A stretch of DNA of 64,000 nt from assembly GCA_009783085.1 (NCBI GenBank), contig WRHU01000004.1, positions 76,380 to 140,379 on the forward strand, read 5' to 3'. Below are positions 55,717-64,000 of this stretch, piece by piece. The stretch comes from Coriobacteriia bacterium. Lineage in GTDB: Bacteria > Actinomycetota > Coriobacteriia > Coriobacteriales > UBA8131. The translations under genes and the position numbers were made by a program. Position 1 is the stretch's first letter; each line of letters opens with the position of its first letter. The notes beneath the pieces were generated by a model that did not search any database, was not told where the DNA came from, and saw only the letters and a program-made list of their open reading frames with translations.

Positions 55717-58410
55717 TTAGTCGTCGTCATTGTTCTTTGGTTTGGAACTCGTATCTGAGTCATCGTCATCATCTTTGGGAGGTCGAGGTTTAGTTCCAAC
55801 TTCGATTACTTCATCAATGGGACGATAGCGCGAGCTAAACACCGTCTCTCGTATCAATTTGCCCGCACGGTCATACACAAGACGTGTCACCGAAATTGAG
55901 CTGCCGTTCACACCCTTGGTTTTGACCTTTTCTTCATCTTCGTAAAGTTTGTTGTTTTCCACCTTTTTGGTTTTGTATTTTGTGCCCTTTGCCCACGCGC
56001 CCTTTTTGGTTTCAACCTTATAGCCAGGGTCAGTACCCCACAACGTTGCCGTAACGTGGTCGTCGGTAGCCTCTATGGTAAGCACCATCCAGTCAGGGGT
56101 GTCATTGGTGAATTTTAGGTCAGGACTCGGAAAGGAAACTGCCGCATCGCGTCCATCGGGATAGTTTGAGAGATATAAAGCATGGTTGGTACGCTCTTCA
56201 ATGGGTAGACCCGACTCATAGGCGGCATTAAAAATTGTCGTAGCAACCTGGCACACGCCACCGCCAATCGCATCAACAAACTCATTGCCTGCTATGCCGC
56301 GATCCATCTGGAAACCACGCTCGGTGGTGGGGTCTCCCACAGTTTCGTGAAAAGACCACGTGTCGCCGGGGGCAATAAGCGTGCCGTTGATAAAGTCGCA
56401 GGCAAGCTTAATGTTATGCGCACGCGTTTCTGGCGAAGAGTGCGTTGTGGTGAAGCTCGAAATCTTGTCGGTTATGCGCAAGGCCTGTGCGTCTTCGGTA
56501 GTGAACTTGGGCTGTAGTGTGCCAATAGGAATAACAATGTCGCGCGTAGCTGCCCCCGATGAGGTCGAAGCCGCATTGCTGGCTGCACCATTACTGGCAG
56601 AAGTGCCAGCGCTGGTATGGGCATTGGTGCGCGCCTGAGTGTCACTGGAAGTAGTTGAGTTTTCGGTATTGTCCTCGGTTCCGTCACCGTTGCCGTTTGT
56701 CCCAGACTCAGCAGCTTTTGCTGCGGCGACCGCTTTGTGATGAGGGCCAAACACGGTCTCTTCAAGTGCCTGCGAGAGCTTCTCGTAATCAACACCAGCG
56801 CCTTCGATAGCGTCGATGATTTCTATTTCGCCATTCTCATCTACTTCAAAGTGAGCATTTTTTGGTTTGACTCGTATCGTTTTAATGTCAACAACTTTTT
56901 CAAAGTTAGTTGATACTTTGGCTTCGTCAATAAAAGCAACAAGTTCTGCCTCATCGCCTGGCTGAGCATCAGTTGGTTTGATGGTTGTGCTTACCCAGCC
57001 TCTCAAAACATCGCCATCTGCAGGCCACGATTTTTTAGAATCAACGTCAGCAGGCACAAAGTTCACTGCCTCACTCGTAGCCTCAGTTGCCCATTGGCGC
57101 GCATACTCTGCTTTCTCTTCATCTATGAGCTGAGCCTCAGGAACTAAGGAGACAACAACTGTGCGGTCTTGCCCTAAATAGGCGGCATCAAGGGCGCTCA
57201 CAAAAGCGTCGTGGTCAACTACCAGTCCATCTTTTCCAGGCTCAACTACAAAACCCTTATCGGTTGAGCGTATGTCGGCGTTGACCGTTTCCCAACCTGC
57301 CGCACGCGTAAGTACGGTTTTAAGCGCACTGAGTTGAGCAGGTTCGTACTCAAGGGTTCCAGCAATTTCAACGCCTGAGAAAACCGCTTTGAGGCGACCA
57401 AGGAGAAAATCAGATCCACGACCCACGGCATACGCTTGCTCGGCGAGTTTTTGACCGTCAACGTCAACAGAAAGCGTTGCGCCAGAAATAGACCATGACT
57501 GAGCAGGATCTTCCTCATCTTCAAAATCCGTATCATCATAGGCAGTGACTCCCTCAGTAAAATCAAGGGTGTTTTCATTTACGCCCGTTGCGACAAGATC
57601 AGCAGCGGCAAAAATATTCACTGGCTCTGCATCAGCCCTGTTAACCAGCTCAACATCAAGAATATTAGCTGCCTCATCAACCGTCATGTTCCCTACATCA
57701 ACACCGGAAACCGTAACGCCGCTGTGGATAGTATTGAGATTGAGCAGCGTGTCAATGCCATAAAACCCAAGCGCGCTGAGCAGCACAAGGAGGATTGCTC
57801 CTACGATAAAAAATCGCTTATATCGAGAGAAAAAACCACCGTCATTTTCTGACTCAGCTGTTTCAAAAACAGAGGTATCAAAGCCAGACGAACCATAAGC
57901 AGGCCCGTCAAAGGCAGGTCTGTCAAAGGCAGATTTGTCGGCAAACTGATGGTATGCCGGCGCATTCTTGCGCGTACCGTCAGGCTGATAGTTCCCAAAG
58001 CTTCCCAGAGGGGCAAAACCATAGTTCGTTTTTTCTGTGGCTTCATCAAGTGAGGCTACGTCAAGACGTGCCTCGTCAAGTCGTGCGCGCGTAGCGTTTG
58101 CCTCAGTGCGCCATGGTTCATTTTGCGCCCACGGATTAAGGCCTTGCGCTCCACGAGTCTGCCCTGCGCGCGAGCGACGAGCTCGGCTCGTTTGCACACT
58201 ACGGCTATCGTTATAGCTGGTTTGCCCGCTGAGACCCTGTCCGCTCAAAGCCTCATCGTAGCTTATCTGCTCACTATAAACATCGGAGTAATTCTCTGCG
58301 CTGTTTTCGCGGCGAGAAGCGCGCGAGCGACCATCGCGCTGCTCAAGGGCTGCGCGACGATACGTGACGCCATTGCGTCGAGTTCTCCGATAATCATTAG
58401 ACGGTGTCAT
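55717..58410 (-). CDS. VanW-family membrane-anchored protein with a peptidoglycan-binding region
   Basis: Motifs R..NI.LA...INGTLIAPG, GGGVCQVATT, ERTNH, GRDAAV and DLKF.N; single TM. Confidence 0.9.
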   Translation of the reverse strand: MTPSNDYRRTRRNGVTYRRAALEQRDGRSRASRRENSAENYSDVYSEQISYDEALSGQGLSGQTSYNDSRSVQTSRARRSRAGQTRGAQGLNPWAQNEPWRTEANATRARLDEARLDVASLDEATEKTNYGFAPLGSFGNYQPDGTRKNAPAYHQFADKSAFDRPAFDGPAYGSSGFDTSVFETAESENDGGFFSRYKRFFIVGAILLVLLSALGFYGIDTLLNLNTIHSGVTVSGVDVGNMTVDEAANILDVELVNRADAEPVNIFAAADLVATGVNENTLDFTEGVTAYDDTDFEDEEDPAQSWSISGATLSVDVDGQKLAEQAYAVGRGSDFLLGRLKAVFSGVEIAGTLEYEPAQLSALKTVLTRAAGWETVNADIRSTDKGFVVEPGKDGLVVDHDAFVSALDAAYLGQDRTVVVSLVPEAQLIDEEKAEYARQWATEATSEAVNFVPADVDSKKSWPADGDVLRGWVSTTIKPTDAQPGDEAELVAFIDEAKVSTNFEKVVDIKTIRVKPKNAHFEVDENGEIEIIDAIEGAGVDYEKLSQALEETVFGPHHKAVAAAKAAESGTNGNGDGTEDNTENSTTSSDTQARTNAHTSAGTSASNGAASNAASTSSGAATRDIVIPIGTLQPKFTTEDAQALRITDKISSFTTTHSSPETRAHNIKLACDFINGTLIAPGDTWSFHETVGDPTTERGFQMDRGIAGNEFVDAIGGGVCQVATTIFNAAYESGLPIEERTNHALYLSNYPDGRDAAVSFPSPDLKFTNDTPDWMVLTIEATDDHVTATLWGTDPGYKVETKKGAWAKGTKYKTKKVENNKLYEDEEKVKTKGVNGSSISVTRLVYDRAGKLIRETVFSSRYRPIDEVIEVGTKPRPPKDDDDDSDTSSKPKNNDDD

Positions 58411-58475
58411 GTACTTCTCCACCAAATATTTGTTTCACGTTGCAGTTTGCCCTCTTCACTCGTTTGTTTACTATC

Positions 58476-59123
58476 CTATTTGTTATATTCTCTGTTTTTA
58501 TTGTCCCCACGATTTTCGTTCCTCTGCATTTTCGCATACTTTATGCACCGTGCGACGTAATAACAGCCCGACGTTACCGAGAGGATAATTCCAACGTATA
58601 AAAACCAGGTGCCGAGAAGCGCGGGCTCTTGTCCCCAGCCGGGCAAGAATGGTGCGTTGATAAGACCCAATCCGGGCACTTCGGGTGCACCCAATATGAG
58701 CAAGCAGAAGCCTATCATAATAAAAACCGTAGTAACTTTTCCGAGAAATATAACTTCAAACCGCTTATCGAGGTATTTTTCTTGGTAGATGGTCACAATG
58801 GCCAACAAAAGGTCGCGCACAACAAGAACAACGAGAATCCATAAAGCAATGCGCCCCACCATAAAAACACCAATAACGCCCAGAAGGATGAGAAGACGAT
58901 CAACCAGTGGATCGAGCTGCTGTCCAAGCTTTGAAACCTGATTGAGCAGGCGGGCGGCTAGCCCATCAAGAAAATCGGTCGATGCAGCGATGAGAAAAAC
59001 AATAAAAGCCGCAAGGTCGTTGTGGTAAAACACAAGAAGAATAAAGAAAATGGGCACGAGCAAAAGCCGAAACAGCGTCAACGCGTTCGGAACAGTTAGA
59101 ATGTTGTCGTTTACTTTTGTCAT
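58476..59123 (-). CDS. pgsA: CDP-alcohol phosphatidyltransferase (PgsA family)
   Basis: PNALTLFR and the TDFLDG.AAR.....SKLG..LDP..D motif. Confidence 0.88.
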   Translation of the reverse strand: MTKVNDNILTVPNALTLFRLLLVPIFFILLVFYHNDLAAFIVFLIAASTDFLDGLAARLLNQVSKLGQQLDPLVDRLLILLGVIGVFMVGRIALWILVVLVVRDLLLAIVTIYQEKYLDKRFEVIFLGKVTTVFIMIGFCLLILGAPEVPGLGLINAPFLPGWGQEPALLGTWFLYVGIILSVTSGCYYVARCIKYAKMQRNENRGDNKNREYNK

Positions 59124-59776
59124 TCGTCAGCTTTCGTCATCGTGCCATCGTTAATACGTTGTTCTACAGCGGCAAGCTCCTCGGGCGTGTTTACGTTAAT
59201 AAACGTACCGCCACGGGGGTCAATCTCAAGCATCGTTTGCTTATCGAGTTCAACGAGGCGCGCCTGTTCATACCAGATGGTTGCTTTAGTCTGTCCCTTT
59301 TCTAAGGCAGCCTTTACCAGCGGGAGGCAGGTTTCTCGGCGATACACCGCATGAAAGGGCTCATAGCCATGGCTCACACGCGGAACCGCCACATCAGCAC
59401 CCTGCTCTACCAGCATATCTCGCTCGAGAAGCAGTATTGGCGCAGAAGGGAAAATCATATCACAAGCCACCACTGCCACCAAGGGGTTGCTCGCGTAATG
59501 CAAGGCAGTATGCAGGCCGTTAAGGGCGCTGCGCTCCTCAAATAAATCGGAACAAAACCGCGGAGGGCCAAACTCAAAATCGCAGGGAGTATCATGGCAC
59601 ACAGCTTTAAGGCTTTCTGGTTCATTGGTGGTGATAATAAGCTCATCAGCAATGGAATTGAGTCGCTTAAGCGCACGACAAATCAGGGGCGCACCACAAA
59701 AAGGCACGAGCGCCTTAGGGCTGCCCATGCGCTTTGAGGCACCACCCGCCTGTATAACTACCGTTAGTTTTTCCAT
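59120..59776 (-). CDS. mobA: Molybdenum cofactor guanylyltransferase
   Basis: Motifs QAGG.SKRMG..KA, VACDM, EPFHAVY and NVNTPEEL. Confidence 0.88.
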   Translation of the reverse strand: MEKLTVVIQAGGASKRMGSPKALVPFCGAPLICRALKRLNSIADELIITTNEPESLKAVCHDTPCDFEFGPPRFCSDLFEERSALNGLHTALHYASNPLVAVVACDMIFPSAPILLLERDMLVEQGADVAVPRVSHGYEPFHAVYRRETCLPLVKAALEKGQTKATIWYEQARLVELDKQTMLEIDPRGGTFINVNTPEELAAVEQRINDGTMTKADE

Positions 59777-59892
59777 GGTTTATAGTATAGCGTTCTTAGG
59801 ATAAGAATGCGTACTTGGCAGGGTTTTTTACCGTGTTTTTTAGGGCATTTAGTACGTTGTTTTGTGCACAGTGTTTTGTACACAGGCAGGAG

Positions 59893-61194
59893 TTAAATAA
59901 TTGTTCCGCCTGCCAAAACGGTGCTTTGTGTGTCTGGGTCATAGAGAACGAGGGCTTGTCCGCAGGCGAGGTCAACAACGGGCTCATCATAGATGATTTT
60001 GATTTCTGCTGAGGAGTGCCTGCTCGCTTGCTCCTCAGCGAGCTCTTTTTCCTCAACCAGCGCCTGCTCCGGAGCCAGCCCCTGCTCTTTAGCCAGCTCT
60101 TTTTCCTCAGCCAGCCCCTGCTCCGGGACCAGCGCCTGCTCGTTAGGCAATGCATGCTCGTTAAGCACCTCAACCGTAACCAAACGGGGCGTGCAGTGAT
60201 ACCGATGCCGAGCATACGCACGTATTGGCAACGACAGCTCGCTTAGGCTCGCACACGAAACAACGTTGACATCGGCAAGAAGCGCCGTTGTTGTGCCCAG
60301 CTCTGAGCGAGGCGCAACCACCACAGTTTTGGTGGCAACATCGAGAGCTTTTACGTAGAGTGGCTCTGCGGCAGCAATGCCAATGCCCTTACGCTGCCCG
60401 ATCGTGTAGTTGACAATGCCTTCATGTCTGCCCAACACTGTGCCTTCTGTATCAACAATTTTGCCGGGACTTAAGGCATCAGGACTCAAGGCATCAGGGC
60501 TCAAGGCATCAGGGCAAAGTTCAGCGTCTAAAGCACCTGCAACAGCGGCTTCTTTTTCCACATACTTTCGAATAAATGCCGCATAATCTCCCTCGGGAAT
60601 AAAACAAATATCTTGACTTTCTCCCTTGCCTGCGGTGGCAAAGCCCGCCTCAACCGCCAAAGCACGCACCTGTTCTTTGGTAAGCTCACCGAGCGGAAGA
60701 CGGGTAAACGCAAGCAGCTCTTGCGTAAGCCCATACAGCACATAACTTTGGTCTTTATGGGCATCAACAGCTGTTTTAAGCACGTAGCACCCGCTGTCCT
60801 CGTCAAAGGCAACCCGGGCATAGTGGCCCGTTACCATACAGTCGCAGCCCAATTCTTGGGCAACATGATATAAGCGGTCAAACTTGAGAAAACGATTGCA
60901 GGCAATGCAGGGGTTGGGCGTGAGCCCGCAGAGATATTCCGCAACAAAACGATCTATGACCTGCTCGGTAAAGGTATCAGAAAAATCGTATACATAATGA
61001 GGAATGTTGAGTCGGTCGCAAACGTTACGCGCGTCAGTGATATCGGTGGTTTTATCAGCAAGAGCTCCTCCTTCATGCAGAAGCATAGTCGCACCCACGC
61101 AGTCATACCCCGCCTGCTGCATAAGAAAGGCGGCAACGGAGCTATCCACTCCCCCGCTCATAGCTATAAGTGCTTTTGGTCGTTTTGTGTCCAT
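59893..61194 (-). CDS. mnmA: tRNA-specific 2-thiouridylase
   Basis: Motifs AMSGGVDSS, TPNPCI.CN...KF, TGHYA, KDQSY, ESQDICF and YTIGQRKG; start ATG 61194. Confidence 0.96.
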   Translation of the reverse strand: MDTKRPKALIAMSGGVDSSVAAFLMQQAGYDCVGATMLLHEGGALADKTTDITDARNVCDRLNIPHYVYDFSDTFTEQVIDRFVAEYLCGLTPNPCIACNRFLKFDRLYHVAQELGCDCMVTGHYARVAFDEDSGCYVLKTAVDAHKDQSYVLYGLTQELLAFTRLPLGELTKEQVRALAVEAGFATAGKGESQDICFIPEGDYAAFIRKYVEKEAAVAGALDAELCPDALSPDALSPDALSPGKIVDTEGTVLGRHEGIVNYTIGQRKGIGIAAAEPLYVKALDVATKTVVVAPRSELGTTTALLADVNVVSCASLSELSLPIRAYARHRYHCTPRLVTVEVLNEHALPNEQALVPEQGLAEEKELAKEQGLAPEQALVEEKELAEEQASRHSSAEIKIIYDEPVVDLACGQALVLYDPDTQSTVLAGGTII

Positions 61195-61326
61195 GCGATA
61201 ATCATACTGCGTTTTTGCCCGCAAGCAAACCAAGCGCAAAACTCGGGCAAACAAGGTACAATTTAGCGATAACAAAATGCGGAACGCGACAGACAGGGCA
61301 TCTGCCGCACAAAGTGCAGAACAGGA

Positions 61327-61983
61327 GTGAGCATCGTGAGTGAAACCGTATCTACCGTACAATCTACCGCACAGGGTGCCAAGAACATTATTCGAATGGC
61401 TGAGCTGGACGACTGTCAAAAAATCTTGGACATCTATTCTCCTTATATTGAGCAAACCGCCATCACACTCACCTCGCGAACCCCAAGCCTCGAAGACGTT
61501 GCAAAAACAATGGCGGACATCAAACGTCATTACCCCTATCTCGTCTGCTGCATAGACGGTGAGCTTGTAGGTTTTGCCTTCGCGTATCGTATGCGCCCAC
61601 AAGAGGCCTATCGCTGGAGTGCCGAGATTAACGTCTACATCGCACCGGATTATCACGGAAAAGGCATCGCCACAGCACTTTATACCGCCTTATTCCAAAT
61701 ACTCAAGACGCAAGGTTTTTGCAACCTGTACGCCGTTATTACGCTGCCGAGTAAGGCGAGTGTTGCGCTGCATGAGCATTTTGGTTTTACCGAGATGTGC
61801 GTGCAAAAAGCCGTTGGCTACAAGCTTGGCGAATGGCGCGATGTTTTGTGGATGGAATGGCGCATTGAAGGAGCTGCCGACCCGAGCACCCATGGCGCTC
61901 CCCTGCTTTTGCAAGACCTTAATGCTCACGACATAGACATGGCTCTTGCGATGGCTTCGACTTTGTTGATGGGGGCTCAGTAA
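61327..61983 (+). CDS. GNAT N-acetyltransferase (Pat/YncA family)
   Basis: Motifs GFAFA, GKGIATALY..L, SVALHEHFGF and GYKLGEWRDV.WM. Confidence 0.9.
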   Translation: MSIVSETVSTVQSTAQGAKNIIRMAELDDCQKILDIYSPYIEQTAITLTSRTPSLEDVAKTMADIKRHYPYLVCCIDGELVGFAFAYRMRPQEAYRWSAEINVYIAPDYHGKGIATALYTALFQILKTQGFCNLYAVITLPSKASVALHEHFGFTEMCVQKAVGYKLGEWRDVLWMEWRIEGAADPSTHGAPLLLQDLNAHDIDMALAMASTLLMGAQ

Positions 61984-63152
61984 TGGAAGAAACATATGAA
62001 AATACTATGCAGGTAAAGCCGAGCGTAGAGAGCTGGAGCACCTGGGAACAGGAGCACGGCGTATCTGTTGGTGCGGCAAGCCTGTTGCCAAGCGGTTTTG
62101 CCGTAGGCAATGCACAGGATACCGCTGCGGGCACGGGCTGCACCGTATTGTTGTGCAAGGCAGGCGCAGTTGGTGGTGTGGCGGTTGAAGGCGCAGCGCC
62201 AGCAACGCGCGAAACCGAGGTACTGCGTTCAGAAAACGCCGTCGAGTGTGTGCATGGCGTAATCTTAAGCGGAGGCAGTGCTTTTGGTCTTGATGCCGCC
62301 ACCGGGGCTATGCAGTTTCTTGCGGAACAAGGGGCTGGTGTAGCCTTTGGCGGACGAACGATACCCATCGTGGTAGGGGCATCCTTGTTTGACCTTGTGG
62401 TTGGCAGTGCCGAGGTTACGCCTGACGCAGCTATGGGCTATCAGGCTGCCCGTAATACCGCGAGCGCCACTGATAGCGCCCTAGACGCTGCTGCCGGAAA
62501 TGCCTTGGGCAGCACCGTCGGTGCCGTAGGAAACATCGGGGCTGGCACGGGCGCAAGTGTTGGCAAGATGCTTGGGCCTGAATTTTCCATGAAAGGCGGC
62601 TTAGGTGCAGCAAGTATCACGCAGGACGATTTGACGGTAAGTGCCGTTGTTGCCGTAAATGCGCTTGGTTGCGTGTCCGATCCTGTTTCTGGCGCAAGGC
62701 TTGCCGGCGTGCTTGACCCTCAAACGGCTGCCAGCGACACCCCTAAACTCCTTGACCCCTATGTTGCACTTGAGCTCTTTGCACAATCGCAGACAGGCGA
62801 GCAACCAAACGCTCAGGCAGACAAGCAGCCAAACGCTCAGGCAAACGGGAATGACGCACAAGCAAACTCCAATACCAACACCACTATCGGGTGTATTCTT
62901 ACCAACGCACGCCTTACCAAACCTCAGGCAAATCGCGTTGCTCTCATGGCGCACGACGGCTTGGCGCGCACCATTACCCCCGTACACACCTCTTTTGACG
63001 GCGACGCTGTTTTTTGTATGGCATCAGGCGAAGTTGCTGCCCACCCTGATGTCGTGGGTTCGCTCGCTGCACTTTGTATGGAACGGGCAATTGTTAATGC
63101 GGTTGTTGAGGCGCAGAGTGCCTACGGACTTTTGGCTTTTGGCGACGTATGA
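61983..63152 (+). CDS. P1/S58 family peptidase (DmpA/ArgJ-like)
   Basis: Motifs GTGCTV, APATRET, GGSAFGL, GAGTGA, NTTIG and DGDAVF. Confidence 0.9.
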   Translation: MEETYENTMQVKPSVESWSTWEQEHGVSVGAASLLPSGFAVGNAQDTAAGTGCTVLLCKAGAVGGVAVEGAAPATRETEVLRSENAVECVHGVILSGGSAFGLDAATGAMQFLAEQGAGVAFGGRTIPIVVGASLFDLVVGSAEVTPDAAMGYQAARNTASATDSALDAAAGNALGSTVGAVGNIGAGTGASVGKMLGPEFSMKGGLGAASITQDDLTVSAVVAVNALGCVSDPVSGARLAGVLDPQTAASDTPKLLDPYVALELFAQSQTGEQPNAQADKQPNAQANGNDAQANSNTNTTIGCILTNARLTKPQANRVALMAHDGLARTITPVHTSFDGDAVFCMASGEVAAHPDVVGSLAALCMERAIVNAVVEAQSAYGLLAFGDV

Positions 63153-64000
63153 TTAACGCATTGTTTTGTTAATTTTTTCCACGTTTAAGCTACGCGCGGC
63201 AGCATCAAATATCTCTTTGTATGCGCCCTCTTGACGATACACTTCCTCATGCGTGCCATGCTCAACCAAATACCCATTTTTCAAAACGTAAATCACCTCA
63301 GAGTCAATGAACTGAGAGATACTGTGCGAAATCATAACAACCGTCCTGTCCTTCTTTATAGCATCAAGACTGTTTTTGATTTGCTCGGTAGAAATGGCAT
63401 CAAGACTTGCCGTAGGCTCGTCCAAAAAGATGATGGGCGGCTTTTTGAGAAACAAACGAGCGATGGCGATACGCTGCTGTTGCCCACCAGAAAGCAACAG
63501 GGCAGAGGACTCATACCCCTGCGGCAGCTCAACAATCTGCTCGTGGATATACGCCTGCTTGGCAGCTTCGACCATTTCCTCATGGGAGGCTTCTGGCTTG
63601 CCGTACATGATATTTTCGGCAATCGTGCCGGAGAAAATATGATTTTTCTGCAGCACCAGCCCAATGTTTTCGCGCAGATACTTGGTGTCATAGTCGCGCA
63701 GGGGCACGCCGTCGAGCAGTATCTCGCCTGCCGTTGGCTCATAAAACTTGTCGAGCAAATTAACCACCGTACTTTTGCCCGCGCCAGATAGTCCCACCAG
63801 TGCCGTTATTTTATTGGGCTCAATACTCATGTTTACCCTGGTGAGCGCCTGCGTGCCATCTGCGTAAGTAAAATCAACGTCCTTGAGTTCAAAGGCACCA
63901 ACAATCTGCTCGGGCCGATACGTGCCTGACTGCTCAACTTCGTGCTCCGCATTCATAATGTCAAAAAATCCTTCAGCATAAATGAGCGCGTCGTTGACTT
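63153..64000 (-). CDS. ABC exporter (TMD-NBD fusion), C-terminal part; 5' end lies outside the window
   Basis: Motifs [17 protein letters not shown] and LDEPTASLD; the frame stays open to the window edge (...VNDALIYAEGFFDIMNAE). Confidence 0.9.
   Translation of the reverse strand, partial: VNDALIYAEGFFDIMNAEHEVEQSGTYRPEQIVGAFELKDVDFTYADGTQALTRVNMSIEPNKITALVGLSGAGKSTVVNLLDKFYEPTAGEILLDGVPLRDYDTKYLRENIGLVLQKNHIFSGTIAENIMYGKPEASHEEMVEAAKQAYIHEQIVELPQGYESSALLLSGGQQQRIAIARLFLKKPPIIFLDEPTASLDAISTEQIKNSLDAIKKDRTVVMISHSISQFIDSEVIYVLKNGYLVEHGTHEEVYRQEGAYKEIFDAAARSLNVEKINKTMR

Noticed and set aside
5371-58410. VanX-like, VanW-like and D,D-carboxypeptidase genes read as a vancomycin-resistance cluster
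   Set aside because: They are scattered over 50 kb, with no D-Ala-D-Lac/Ser ligase, VanH or VanRS pair. Ordinary cell-wall homologues are more likely.

Overview
A roughly 50%-GC bacterial chromosome segment. Gene content and protein style suggest Actinomycetota, class Coriobacteriia (inference; no search run). The backbone is mostly minus-strand housekeeping and cell-envelope genes: pheST, pta, dgt, a LytS/LytR pair, purB, tyrS, galE, glf, PBP1A, a U32 protein, hpf, an amino-acid ABC system, metA, a D,D-carboxypeptidase, paaK, a VanW-family protein, pgsA, mobA and mnmA, plus tRNA-Lys(UUU) and tRNA-Leu(UAA). Accessory signals not shown by the ORF track: (1) a (CT)9 tract that puts the likely true start of a secreted beta-helix protein out of frame (candidate phase switch; one of three paralogues); (2) a hicA toxin gene with a +1 frameshift next to an intact hicB; (3) beside it, a duplicated multi-hairpin element bounded by inverted copies of the tRNA-Lys T-arm; (4) a raiA-motif ncRNA with its own promoter; (5) an operon encoding a large SpaA-type LPXTG-like adhesin, an FN3 protein and an inverted-architecture BTAD regulator, facing an RHH gene and a perfect 40-bp palindrome; (6) many in-frame short tandem duplications inside conserved proteins. 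No CRISPR array, rRNA, transposase or integrase was seen.
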